From Rhizomicrobium sp. (GTDB lineage: Bacteria; Pseudomonadota; Alphaproteobacteria; Micropepsales; Micropepsaceae), in NCBI GenBank assembly GCA_035499335.1, contig DATJZB010000047.1:1730-65729 (forward strand): 64,000 nt of DNA, in the 5' to 3' direction. Shown here in pieces: positions 8,451-18,096 of the stretch. A program made the position numbers and the translations under genes. Each line of letters begins with the position of its first letter. Position 1 is the first letter of the stretch. Under the pieces are notes generated by a model. That model did not search any database. It saw only the letters and a list, made by a program, of their open reading frames with translations, and had not been told where the DNA came from.

Positions 8451-9334
8451 TGGCCATCCCGTTCATCCGCGAATTCGAGCCGCATTACGGCGAGCTGGTC
8501 GAGGTCACGCCGCTGATCCGCCGCGTCGTCGCCAACAATCCCGGCCCGTTCACGTTCAAGGGCACGGGCGTCTATATCGTCGGAGACCGGGATGTGGCCG
8601 TGATCGATCCCGGGCCTGACATGCCGGAGCATCTCGACGCCTTGAAGCGCGCCCTTGCCGGAAAGCGCGTCACGCACATCCTCGTCACCCACACGCACAG
8701 CGATCACTCGCCCGCCGCCGCGCCGCTGAAGCAATGGTCGGGCGCGAAGACCTACGCCTTCGGGCCGCACGGCTCCGGCCGCGACGACAATGAAGCCAAG
8801 GTCGAGGCCGGCGGCGACATGGATTTCGTTCCGGACGTGCGCGTGAAGGACGGCGAGATCGTCGCCGGCAACGGTTTCACCTTCGAAGGCGTGCACACGC
8901 CCGGCCACACCTCGAACCATTTGTGCTTCGCGCTCAGGGAAGAAAAGGCGCTGTTCACCGGCGACCACATCATGGGCTGGTCGACGACGGTGGTGACGCC
9001 GCCCGACGGCGACATGGCGCAGTACATCGCCAGCGTGCGCAAGCTTCAGGCACGCGACGACCGGACTCTCTATCCGACCCACGGCGCGCCGGTCACCGAT
9101 CCCAAGCCGTTTCTCGCCGCCTATCTCGCGCACCGGCTGAACCGCGAACGCCAGGTTCTGGACAGCATCCGCGCAGGACGCGTCACGATTCCCGCGATGG
9201 TGGCGCACATGTATGCGGACGTCGACAAGCGGCTCCATCCGGCCGCGTCGCGTTCGGTGCTCGCCCATCTCATCCAGCTCGAGAATGAGGGCCGGGTGAC
9301 GCGCGACGGCGAGCGCTACAGCCTCGCCGCCTGA
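8450..9334 (+). CDS. MBL-fold metallo-hydrolase
   Basis: Track ORF 8159..9334 trimmed to MAIPFIREFEPHYGE.... Metal motif VTHTHSDH, plus later H and D residues (HTPGHTSNH). Confidence 0.9.
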   Translation: MAIPFIREFEPHYGELVEVTPLIRRVVANNPGPFTFKGTGVYIVGDRDVAVIDPGPDMPEHLDALKRALAGKRVTHILVTHTHSDHSPAAAPLKQWSGAKTYAFGPHGSGRDDNEAKVEAGGDMDFVPDVRVKDGEIVAGNGFTFEGVHTPGHTSNHLCFALREEKALFTGDHIMGWSTTVVTPPDGDMAQYIASVRKLQARDDRTLYPTHGAPVTDPKPFLAAYLAHRLNRERQVLDSIRAGRVTIPAMVAHMYADVDKRLHPAASRSVLAHLIQLENEGRVTRDGERYSLAA

Positions 9335-9374
9335 CGATGGCGCAGACGGCGGCGTTGCGCAGGCACCTTGCGCG

Positions 9375-9935
9375 TCAGTGGAAAGCTGCGATCCGGTAGC
9401 TGTCGGGCATGCCGAGCTTGAGACCCGGCGCTGGATTTCTGGCGAAGCCCATGCTCGGACGCCAGTTGATGTGGCCGAGATAGCGGCACGAGCCGTCTTC
9501 GGCGGTTCCCGACAAAGGCAGCTGCAGGACTTCGACGAAGTCGCGGATGCCCGGCCGCGCGCTATAGCCCGTGCGCGAGACAGCGACCGCGCCGTCGAGC
9601 AGCGACCGCATGCGCGCGACGCGCGTGACGCGATCGTCGCCGCTGACGAAGTCGAGAAGATTTGCGCCGGCAAGCGGGCGGCCGAGACCGCGATCGACGG
9701 CCGTGCCGGACAGCCGGCACACCGGTCCTTGCCCGACGTGCATGTCGACGAGAACGAGTCCGGGAAGCAGTTCCACCATGCGGCGCAGATCGAGATCTTC
9801 GCGCGACGGCGGCCTGTCCGCGTGCCACAGCGACAGCCAGTAGCAGGCGAGCTTCATGTTCGTCTCGGCGAGGCCGAGAGTCTCGATCGCCGAAACGGCG
9901 CTTTGATAAGACGACATACGCAGCACACCTTCCAT
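9375..9935 (-). CDS. PAS-like (DUF1457/PAS_5-type) domain protein
   Basis: ~180-aa soluble protein whose pattern resembles the small PAS_5 family proteins common in Rhizobiales. Start uncertain (ATG 9935 or 9917). Confidence 0.6.
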   Translation of the reverse strand: MEGVLRMSSYQSAVSAIETLGLAETNMKLACYWLSLWHADRPPSREDLDLRRMVELLPGLVLVDMHVGQGPVCRLSGTAVDRGLGRPLAGANLLDFVSGDDRVTRVARMRSLLDGAVAVSRTGYSARPGIRDFVEVLQLPLSGTAEDGSCRYLGHINWRPSMGFARNPAPGLKLGMPDSYRIAAFH

Positions 9936-10058
9936 CGCCGGAAAAAGCCTACCCGGTCTGCGGTTATCGAAAGGTTTCGAGACAGGACGTCAATGGCGGC
10001 AACCCATGCTTGCGCGTCTCGCTCGCGCAAGCCGTTCACAAACCGGCAGCGATGACGG

Positions 10059-10826
10059 TCAGCGGCCCAACACGGCCCTTTCGTAATCGCGGACGATCGC
10101 GGCGTTCATACCCATGTCGTTCTCGCCTGTGCGGCTCTTGCTGCGGATGTCGAGCCGCGCGCCGATGCTGCCCGCCGGCTTCACGCGGATCGCGATGTCG
10201 GAGGTGAGACCGAACCAGAAGCTGGTGACATAGGCCTCGATCATGCCGCTCTTCTCGTCGAACGCGACGACGTGCCAGCCGGGCATCTGCTTGGCCACCT
10301 CGAAGCCGTGCCAGAACAGCTTGGAGGGTTTTTCCAACTCGCCGATCGCACGGATGTCGGGATAGGCCTTCTTCTGCGCCGCCGCGACATGGGTCTTGCG
10401 CCCGTCATATTCGACCAGCTTCATGCCGTCATATTCCGGACCGTTGGCCGCGCCGGCGCGCAACGGCAGGAGCGCCGAGAAAGGCGGCGCGAACTCGACG
10501 TCCGTCGTGATGTCGTGGATCGGCGGCGAGGACAGATAGAGCCGCAGCTGGTTGAGCGGAATGAAGGCGACGACGAGCGAGCCCGCCAGGCCGACGATGC
10601 CGAAGCGCCAGCCCGCGCTGTCGTTGATGTTCAGCGCGCGGGCGATCCAGATCGCGCCGCTGAGCGAGCCGACGACCGCGAACGCGAATCCTGGCAAAAG
10701 GATCTGCAGGCCGGTGCCGTAGTCCCACCATGCGAACCGGGTGCCGTAGCTTGCCGTCAGGCCGATGGCGGCGCCGACGATGAAACAGCCGAGCGAAATG
10801 ACCGCAGCGACGCGTTGCGAGCGCAT
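10059..10826 (-). CDS. DUF1499 domain membrane protein
   Basis: N-terminal TM helices. C-terminus ...AIRVKPAGSIGARLDIRSKSRTGENDMGMNAAIVRDY resembles the DUF1499 signature. Confidence 0.75.
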   Translation of the reverse strand: MRSQRVAAVISLGCFIVGAAIGLTASYGTRFAWWDYGTGLQILLPGFAFAVVGSLSGAIWIARALNINDSAGWRFGIVGLAGSLVVAFIPLNQLRLYLSSPPIHDITTDVEFAPPFSALLPLRAGAANGPEYDGMKLVEYDGRKTHVAAAQKKAYPDIRAIGELEKPSKLFWHGFEVAKQMPGWHVVAFDEKSGMIEAYVTSFWFGLTSDIAIRVKPAGSIGARLDIRSKSRTGENDMGMNAAIVRDYERAVLGR

Positions 10827-10835
10827 GAATCCCTG

Positions 10836-12470
10836 CTACTCCGCGGCGGTCGGCAGGCGGTACGCGCCGAAGCGCTCGCGCAACACGGTCTTCTGGATCT
10901 TGCCGGTGGCGGTGTGCGGTATGTCGTCGACGAACTGGACGTCGTCCGGCATCCACCATTTGGCGATCTTGCCCGTCAGATAGGCGAGGAGTTCGGCGCG
11001 CGTCGCGCTCTTGCCGGGCTTGAGCACGACGATGAGCAGCGGCCGCTCGTCCCATTTGGGATGACGCACGCCGATGACGGCTGCCTCGGCGACGCTCGGA
11101 TGGCCGACCGCGATGTTCTCGATCTCGATCGACGAGATCCACTCGCCGCCGGACTTGATCACATCCTTGGAACGGTCGGTGATGGTCATGTAGCCGTCCG
11201 CGTCGAGCGTGGCGACGTCGCCGGTGTCGAACCAGCCCTCGGCGTCGAACGCGTCCTGGCCTTCGCCGCGGAAATAGCCCTTGGCGACCGCGGGTCCGCG
11301 CACCTTGAGGCGTCCGAAGGCCTTGCCGTCGCGCGGCAACTCCCGGTCGTCGTCGCCGACGATCTTCATTTCGACGCCGAACACCGGATGACCCTGCTTG
11401 CACTTGTAGTCGAGCTGCCTGTCCCACGGCATCGCGGCGATGCTGTGCTTGAGCGTGCCGATGGTGCCGAGCGGGCTCATCTCTGTCATGCCCCAGGCGT
11501 GCATGACCTCGACGTCGTACTTCTTTTCGAAGGTCTCGATCATCGAGCGCGGGCAGGCGGAGCCGCCGATCATCACGCGCTTCATGTGCGGCAGCGTCTT
11601 GCCGGTCTGTTCGAGATATTGCAGCAGCGCCAGCCACACCGTCGGCACGGCGGCAGTCAGCGTCACCTCTTCATCGGTCAGGAGTTCGCAGATCGAAGGC
11701 CCGTCGAGCTTCGGTCCCGGCATCACCAGCTTGGCGCCGACCATCGGCGCGCTGAAGGACAGCGCCCAGGCGTTGGCATGGAACATCGGAACGACCGGCA
11801 GGATCGTGTCGCGGCTGGAGACGCCTTGCGCATCGGTCTGCGCCGCCATCAGCGCATGCAGCACGTTGGAGCGGTGTGAATAGAGCACGCCCTTGGGATT
11901 TCCCGTGGTGCCGGAGGTGTAGCAGAGACCGCAAGCGGCTTTCTCGTCGACTTCCTTCCATTCGAACGTGCCGCTGCAGCCGCCGATGAATTCCTCATAG
12001 GCGACGAGATTGGGGATGTTCGCCTTGGGCAGATGGGCGGCGTCGCACAGCGCGACATAGAGCTCGACGCTCTTCAGCTTGGGCGCGATCTGCGACACGA
12101 GGTCGGCGAAGGTGACGTCGAAGAACAGGACTTTGTCCTCGGCGTGATTGGCGATGTAGACGATCTGGTCGGCAAACAGACGCGGATTGAGCGTGTGGTA
12201 GACCGCGCCGATCCCCGTGATGCCGTACCAGCTCTCCAGGTGGCGCCAGGTGTTCCACGCCAGCGTCGCGACCCGGTCGCCGTCCCGGATGCCCAGACGA
12301 TCCAGCGCTTCGGCCACCTTGCGCGCGCGCACGGCGATCTCGCGGTAGTTGGTGCGGTGGATCGGCCCTTCGACGCTGCGGCTCACGACCTCGCGATCGC
12401 CATGGTAGAGCGCGGCGTGATCGATGATCTTGTGGACCAGCAACGGCCAGTCCTGCATCTGCCCCAACAT
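10836..12470 (-). CDS. long-chain/medium-chain fatty acid-CoA ligase (AMP-dependent synthetase)
   Basis: AMP-binding motif [19 protein letters not shown], and a C-terminal [10 protein letters not shown]. Track ORF trimmed to [20 protein letters not shown], with AGGGGA 8 nt upstream. Confidence 0.9.
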   Translation of the reverse strand: MLGQMQDWPLLVHKIIDHAALYHGDREVVSRSVEGPIHRTNYREIAVRARKVAEALDRLGIRDGDRVATLAWNTWRHLESWYGITGIGAVYHTLNPRLFADQIVYIANHAEDKVLFFDVTFADLVSQIAPKLKSVELYVALCDAAHLPKANIPNLVAYEEFIGGCSGTFEWKEVDEKAACGLCYTSGTTGNPKGVLYSHRSNVLHALMAAQTDAQGVSSRDTILPVVPMFHANAWALSFSAPMVGAKLVMPGPKLDGPSICELLTDEEVTLTAAVPTVWLALLQYLEQTGKTLPHMKRVMIGGSACPRSMIETFEKKYDVEVMHAWGMTEMSPLGTIGTLKHSIAAMPWDRQLDYKCKQGHPVFGVEMKIVGDDDRELPRDGKAFGRLKVRGPAVAKGYFRGEGQDAFDAEGWFDTGDVATLDADGYMTITDRSKDVIKSGGEWISSIEIENIAVGHPSVAEAAVIGVRHPKWDERPLLIVVLKPGKSATRAELLAYLTGKIAKWWMPDDVQFVDDIPHTATGKIQKTVLRERFGAYRLPTAAE

Positions 12471-12602
12471 GCCCAATTTCCCCTGTTGTTCTAACCGCAT
12501 AATAGGAATGCGGACGCGCCGGGGCAACGCGGCGAAGCCCCGGGATCGGAAGGGACCGTTTGGGTGCGGGGCCGGGCGCCGGCCGCGGGGCCGGCAGCGC
12601 CG

Positions 12603-13664
12603 CTACGCTTTTCCCTCGAACACCAGATTGAACGGCGTTTGCGCGGCGCGGCGGAAGTGCCTGAATCCGGCCTTGGACGCGACCTCCTTGAGGCGCTTTT
12701 CGCCCGCCTGCGCGCCGAGCCCCAGTCCGACTTCCTGCGAAAGCGATGCCGGCGTGCAGATCATCGTCGAGGCGGCGTAGAAAATGCGCCCCACCGGATT
12801 GAGATTGTCCTGCAGCGCGTCGCCCGCGAAAGGCTCGACCAGAAGCCAGGTGCCGTCCTTGGCCAGCGCCTTGCGCACATGCTTCGCGGCGCCCACCGGA
12901 TCGCCCATGTCGTGCAGGCAGTCGAACATGGCGACGACGTCGTAGCCTTTAGCGGGAAAATCCTTCGCCGCGGCCTTCTGGAAGGTGATGCGCTTTTCGA
13001 CGCCGGCCTGCCTGGCGGCTTGCTTGGCGCGCGCGATCGAGGGGCCGTGATAGTCGAAGCCGAAGAAGTGCGACTTGGGATAGGCCTGCGCCATCAGGAT
13101 CGTCGACGCGCCGTGGCCGCAGCCGACATCCGCGACGACGGCGCCGGACTTCAGCTTCTCCTCGACGCCGTCGAGCGCGGGGATCCACGAATTGACCAGA
13201 TGCATGTTGTAGCCGGGGCGGAAGAAGCGCTCCGTGCCGGCGAACAGGCACGGCGAATGTTCGTGCCAGCCGACGCCTTTTCCGCTCTTGAAGGCTTTGG
13301 CGACCTTCGGCTCGTCCAGCCACACCGACTGGGCGACCTGGAAGGCGCCGGCGAAAAAGGCCGGGCTGCCTTCCTGGGCCAGCGCCATCGACTGTTCCGG
13401 ACTGAGGCTGAACCGCTCGCTCGCCGCATCGTAGTCGACGAGGCCGGCGGCGGCTTGCGCCGAAAGCCACTCGCGCACATAGCGCTCCTTGAGTTTCGTC
13501 TTGCGCGCGACGTCCTTGGCGGTGCGCGGCGCGCCGTCCGCCATCGCCTTGTAGATACCGAGCCGGTCGCCGAGCAGGACCAGTGCGCCCGTCAGCGCGG
13601 CGCCCAGATCGCCGACCAGTTTTCCCATCAGCGCATTCAGTTTTTCAGGATCGGGATTTCTCAT
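12603..13664 (-). CDS. class I SAM-dependent methyltransferase
   Basis: SAM motif VADVGCGHGAST. N-terminal winged-helix-like dimerisation region. Start could be ATG 13664 or 13685. Confidence 0.85.
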   Translation of the reverse strand: MRNPDPEKLNALMGKLVGDLGAALTGALVLLGDRLGIYKAMADGAPRTAKDVARKTKLKERYVREWLSAQAAAGLVDYDAASERFSLSPEQSMALAQEGSPAFFAGAFQVAQSVWLDEPKVAKAFKSGKGVGWHEHSPCLFAGTERFFRPGYNMHLVNSWIPALDGVEEKLKSGAVVADVGCGHGASTILMAQAYPKSHFFGFDYHGPSIARAKQAARQAGVEKRITFQKAAAKDFPAKGYDVVAMFDCLHDMGDPVGAAKHVRKALAKDGTWLLVEPFAGDALQDNLNPVGRIFYAASTMICTPASLSQEVGLGLGAQAGEKRLKEVASKAGFRHFRRAAQTPFNLVFEGKA

Positions 13665-13844
13665 CTTCGTCACACTCCCCAGCATGAAAACCCGGCGAAA
13701 TCCTAGCACCGCGCGGGGATATTTGGGACCGGCTGCGGGCGCCGGTCGGCCCTGCGCCGGACGCGCGCGACTCCGGCCGGGCGCCGGGCAATTGCGGGTC
13801 AATATCTGCTATAGGAACGGCCGGCCGAATTCAGGGACCCCGCC

Positions 13845-15230
13845 ATGCCTCTTTCCAATGCGCAGATGCGCGACGTGCAAAGCGTCCTGCATCCCTACAC
13901 CAACCTCATCAAGTTCCGCGAAACCGGGCCGATGGTGCTCGACAAGGCCAAGGGCGTGCGCGTCTACGACGAGAGCGGCAAGGAATATATCGAGGCCATG
14001 GCGGGGCTGTGGTGCACCGCACTCGGCTGGGGCGAGAACGAGCTCGCCGAGGTCGCGGCCGAGCAGATGCGCAAGATGTCCTACGGCCATCTCTTCGGCG
14101 GCAGAAGCCACGAACCGGCCATCGCGCTCGCCGAAAAGCTGAAGGAGATTTCGCCGTTTCCGGTCGGCAAGGTGTTCTTCGCCAATTCCGGATCCGAAGC
14201 GAACGACACGCAGATCAAGCTCTACTGGTACGCGTCGAACGCGCGCGGCCAGACGAAAAAGAAAAAGATCCTCTCGCGCGTGAAGGCCTATCACGGCGTG
14301 ACGCTGGCCAGCGCGTCGCTCACGGGCCTCGCCAACAACCACAAAAGCTTCGACCTGCCGTTCGACTTCGCGCTGCACGCCGATCTGCCGCACCATTATC
14401 GCAACGCCGAGCCCGGCGAGACCGAGATGCAGTTCAGCCAGCGCCTCGCCGCGAATCTCGACGCGCTGATCGGGCGCGAGGGACCCGAGACCATCGCCGC
14501 CATGATCGCCGAGCCCATCATGGGCGCGGGCGGCGTGATCATGCCGCCGGAGGGCTATTTCGACGCCATCACGCGCGTGCTCGACAAGCACGGCATTCCG
14601 CTGATCGACGATGAGGTGATCACCGGCTTCGGGCGCACCGGCGAGTGGTTCGGCTGCGGCACCTACGGTTTCGAGCCGGAAAGCATGTCGATCGCCAAGG
14701 CGCTGTCGAGCGCCTATCTGCCGATCTCCGCCGTGCTGCTGTCGCCGGAATTGTCGGAGATCATCGAACAGGAGTCCGGCAAGATCGGAACCTTCGGCCA
14801 CGGCTTCACCTATGGCGGGCACCCGGTGTCCTGCGCCGTGGCACTGCGGACCATCGAGCTCTACCAGAAGCGCGACACGGTCGGTCATGTGCGCCATGTG
14901 GGGCCGCTGTTCCAGAAGCGGCTGAAGGCGCTGGCCGAGCATCCGCTCGTGGGCGAGGCGGTCGGCATCGGCCTGATCGGCGCGATCGAGCTCGTCGCCG
15001 ACAAGAAGACCAAGCGCAGCTTCGAAGGCACGCGTCAGGCGGCGGCCACGCTGTGCGCCTTTGCGCAGGAAGAAGGGCTGCTCGTGCGTCCACTGCTCGG
15101 CGACCGCGTCGCCTTCTGCCCGCCGCTCGTCATCACCGAGGCCGAAATCGGCGAACTGTTCGACCGTTTCGAACGCGCCCTGAAGAAGTCGCTCGACTGG
15201 GCGACGAAGGAAAAGCTCGTCGCGGCCTGA
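13845..15230 (+). CDS. class-III (omega) aminotransferase, PLP-dependent
   Basis: 461 aa. GSEANDTQIKL, DEVITGFGRTGEWF and FGHGFTYGGHP are typical of aspartate aminotransferase family class III enzymes. Confidence 0.92.
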   Translation: MPLSNAQMRDVQSVLHPYTNLIKFRETGPMVLDKAKGVRVYDESGKEYIEAMAGLWCTALGWGENELAEVAAEQMRKMSYGHLFGGRSHEPAIALAEKLKEISPFPVGKVFFANSGSEANDTQIKLYWYASNARGQTKKKKILSRVKAYHGVTLASASLTGLANNHKSFDLPFDFALHADLPHHYRNAEPGETEMQFSQRLAANLDALIGREGPETIAAMIAEPIMGAGGVIMPPEGYFDAITRVLDKHGIPLIDDEVITGFGRTGEWFGCGTYGFEPESMSIAKALSSAYLPISAVLLSPELSEIIEQESGKIGTFGHGFTYGGHPVSCAVALRTIELYQKRDTVGHVRHVGPLFQKRLKALAEHPLVGEAVGIGLIGAIELVADKKTKRSFEGTRQAAATLCAFAQEEGLLVRPLLGDRVAFCPPLVITEAEIGELFDRFERALKKSLDWATKEKLVAA

Positions 15231-15251
15231 CGGATCGCGCGCCCGTCGCGC

Positions 15252-16097
15252 CTAGGCGCAGATTTGCGCGACGTCGTCGGCGAGCAGCGACAGTCCGTGC
15301 AAGGCGTTTCGCAGCGTTGCCGGATCGGCCGAAAGGGCGAAAGCGGCCTCCACCCGCGCCGCGAGATCGCCCGGCACGAGCGTGAAGCGCGCCGCCAGCG
15401 CCAGCGCGCCTTTCTCGTTGATCAGCCACTCGCGATTGCAGGCGAAGATCGCCTGCAAGAGGCAGGACACGGTACGGAAGGCGCAACCCGCGACATAGCT
15501 GACGTCCGCGCGGTCCGCCGCTTTTTGCGCGACGGCGAGGAAGAAACGGGCCTCGTCGAGAAAGCGCGACATCAGCGCGCCGCGCAGCGCTTCCGGATAA
15601 GGCGTCAGCCGGGATTTGGCCGACGCCACGAAACCGGAGGGATCGTGCAGCGCGCGGCAGGTCGCGATCTCCCCCGCATACATCGTTGACACGAAGGCAT
15701 GCGGGTGGCCGTAGTGATAGGCGCATTCGAACGTGCCGGCGTGGCACGCGGCGATGACGCGTTCGACGCGCGCGACATCGCGATACAAAATGTCGACGGG
15801 CGCATCGTCGATGGTGAGCCAGCCGCCGCCATCGACCCAGGCGCCCCAGCCGCCGCGCGGCGTCATCAACGGCTTATCTGCAGGACCGCCGCGGCCGCCG
15901 CCGATCGACCGGGCGGCGGTTTCCAGTCCCGCGATATCGAGATCGCCTTCACAGTACAGCCCGACATCGTAGTCCGACGCAGTGTTGTGCACGCCGCGCC
16001 CGCGCGAGCCGCCGAGCACGATCGCCCGCACGCCGCGCACGGACTGGAATGCGGCGACGATGCGTCCGAGCAGTTCTTCCGACGTCGATTCCGCCAT
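15252..16097 (-). CDS. nucleotidyltransferase domain protein with DUF4037-like C-terminal helical domain
   Basis: Pol-beta type NTase motif LGGSRGRG...SDYDVGLY, followed by a helical C-terminal half. Confidence 0.8.
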   Translation of the reverse strand: MAESTSEELLGRIVAAFQSVRGVRAIVLGGSRGRGVHNTASDYDVGLYCEGDLDIAGLETAARSIGGGRGGPADKPLMTPRGGWGAWVDGGGWLTIDDAPVDILYRDVARVERVIAACHAGTFECAYHYGHPHAFVSTMYAGEIATCRALHDPSGFVASAKSRLTPYPEALRGALMSRFLDEARFFLAVAQKAADRADVSYVAGCAFRTVSCLLQAIFACNREWLINEKGALALAARFTLVPGDLAARVEAAFALSADPATLRNALHGLSLLADDVAQICA

Positions 16098-16130
16098 GAG
16101 GGCGGCGTTTGCACCCCTGTGCCGTACGCG

Positions 16131-16322
16131 TCAAGCGTCGGCGGTCTGATCCGGGCGGCTGTAGATCAGCCTGTCGCCGTCCCACACTTCCAGGTGCCGG
16201 CATTCGGCTGGCTTCATGGCATGGGCCAGCACCTTGGCGCGCAGGTCGCTGTCGAATTTTACCGAGAAGGCGCGAGCGAGCTGACCTTTGTCGTCGAGGT
16301 AGCAGATTTCATATGCAGGCAT
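16131..16322 (-). CDS. small hypothetical protein (63 aa)
   Basis: Track ORF MPAYEICYLDDKGQLARAFSVKFDSDLRAK.... Lies 33 bp upstream of the NTase gene on the same strand. Resembles the small paralogous proteins common in Rhizobiales. Confidence 0.5.
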   Translation of the reverse strand: MPAYEICYLDDKGQLARAFSVKFDSDLRAKVLAHAMKPAECRHLEVWDGDRLIYSRPDQTADA

Positions 16323-16575
16323 CGGTTCCTCCGATTTCTTCTTCGCGATGCCCCCGCGAGCAAAACTTTTCTACGCGGATATTGCGTAAGTCGAATGACA
16401 TTGCTGGTCACGATGATCACAATTTCTCTCAATGTTTGTGCAGGTTGCGGCGATTTCTGAGTCTCGCCTGCGCGATGGCGCACGCGGCGCGGCGCTCCCG
16501 GCGGCCTTCGTCCCGACCGCGCAAATTCTTTGGCGAACGGGCGAATAACCCATTGACTTACCGCGAATCTTCTTG

Positions 16576-16606
16576 CTTGACGTTAACGTAAGGGTAAGCC
16601 AATAAT
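16576..16606 (+). promoter_or_regulatory. MerR-type promoter candidate with imperfect palindrome CTTGACGTTAACGTAAGG
   Basis: TTGACG (16577-16582), an 18-bp spacer, then AATAAT (16601-16606). ACGTTAACGT is a perfect 10-bp palindrome and the 18-bp version matches 14/18. Lies 70-100 bp upstream of the MerR gene. Confidence 0.45.
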
Positions 16607-16675
16607 CCGCCATTGAGAAATTGTCAGGGAGGATCCGGCGACGAGGCGCCAAGCCGAGCGTCCGGGTAAAACGAT

Positions 16676-17086
16676 ATGCAACGTTCATTCACCATCCGTC
16701 AGCTCACCAAGGAATTCGGCGTCACCGCGCGCACGCTGCGCTTCTACGAAGACGAGGGCCTGATCGCGCCGGAGCGGCGCGGCCAGACGCGCATCTATTC
16801 GTCGCGCGACCGCGCGCGGATCATCCTCATCTTGCGCGGCCGCCGCGTCGGCTTCTCGCTCGCCGAGATCCGCGAGATCCTCGACCTCTACAACTCCGAG
16901 GACCATGGCGTGCGCCAGACCATGCATGCGCGCAAGAAGTTCGAGGAGCAGCTTCACAAGCTGGAGCGCCAGAAGGTCGATATCGAGGAATCGCTTACCG
17001 AGCTTCGCCGGGCCATCACCTCCATCGACGAGGCGGTCGCCAAAGGCGTACTCACCGCGCAGCCGCAGCGGCACGCCGCGGAATAA
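16676..17086 (+). CDS. MerR family transcriptional regulator (LiuR-like)
   Basis: FTIRQLTKEFGVTARTLRFYEDEGLIAPERRGQTRIYS is a canonical MerR HTH; a coiled-coil follows. Confidence 0.9.
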   Translation: MQRSFTIRQLTKEFGVTARTLRFYEDEGLIAPERRGQTRIYSSRDRARIILILRGRRVGFSLAEIREILDLYNSEDHGVRQTMHARKKFEEQLHKLERQKVDIEESLTELRRAITSIDEAVAKGVLTAQPQRHAAE

Positions 17087-17167
17087 ATACTGTCTTGCCG
17101 GACCAGCGTGGCGCGGACATGCTCCGCGCCCGTCGTCCTTCTTCGCCCTCACGCCACAGGAGCGTCC

Positions 17168-18064
17168 ATGTCCTACAAGGAAATTCTCTACGACGTCGCC
17201 GACAACATCCTCACGATCACGCTCAACCGCCCGGAAAAGCTGAACGCCTTCACCGGCACGATGATGAGCGAGATGATCGATGCCTTCCAGCGCGCCAACA
17301 AGGACGACGCCATCCGGTGCATCATCGTCACCGGCGCGGGCCGCGCTTTCTGCGCCGGCGCGGACCTCTCGGCCGGCGCCTCGACCTTCGACGCCACCCA
17401 GCGCGCCGATCGTCCGGAACGCAATGCCGGACCGGTCGGCTCGGTCGACTGGAGCGACGAGCGCGTGCGCGACGGCGGCGGACGCGTGACGCTCGAGATC
17501 TTCGAATGCCTGAAGCCGGTGATCGCGGCCTGCAACGGACCCGCGGTCGGCATCGGCGCCACCATGCAATGCGCCATGGACATCCGCCTCGGCAGCGAGG
17601 CGGCGCGCGTCGGCTTCGTCTTTTCGCGCCGCGGAATCGTTCCCGAGGCCGCGTCGTCCTGGTTCCTGCCGCGCATCGTCGGCATCCAGCGCGCGCTCGC
17701 CTGGTGTTTCTCGGGCAAGGTGTTCGACGCCAAGGAAGCCCATGAAGGCGGCTTCTTCCTGGAAGTGCTGCCGCCCGACCAGCTCCTGCCGCGCGCCCGC
17801 GCCATCGCGCGCGAGATCGTGGAGAACACGTCGCCGGTCTCCGTCGCCCTCATCCGCCAGATGATGTGGCGCGGCCTCGGCATGGACCACCCGATGGAAG
17901 CGCACAAGGTCGACTCGCGCGGCATCTACGCGCGCGGCGCGTCGGCCGACGTCAAGGAAGGCGTCGTGGCGTTCCTCGAGAAGAGGCCCGCCAAGTTCCC
18001 GCAGAAGGTCTCGGCGGATATGCCGCCCTATTTCCCGTGGTGGCAGCCGCGCAAATACTCCTAA
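17168..18064 (+). CDS. enoyl-CoA hydratase/isomerase (crotonase) family protein
   Basis: Trimmed to MSYKEILYDVADNILTITLNRPEKLNAFT...VTGAGRAFCAGADL, with AGGAG 5 nt upstream. Confidence 0.9.
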   Translation: MSYKEILYDVADNILTITLNRPEKLNAFTGTMMSEMIDAFQRANKDDAIRCIIVTGAGRAFCAGADLSAGASTFDATQRADRPERNAGPVGSVDWSDERVRDGGGRVTLEIFECLKPVIAACNGPAVGIGATMQCAMDIRLGSEAARVGFVFSRRGIVPEAASSWFLPRIVGIQRALAWCFSGKVFDAKEAHEGGFFLEVLPPDQLLPRARAIAREIVENTSPVSVALIRQMMWRGLGMDHPMEAHKVDSRGIYARGASADVKEGVVAFLEKRPAKFPQKVSADMPPYFPWWQPRKYS

Positions 18065-18096
18065 GCTTCGCCCCGACGCATTCGGGGGAAGGTTCA

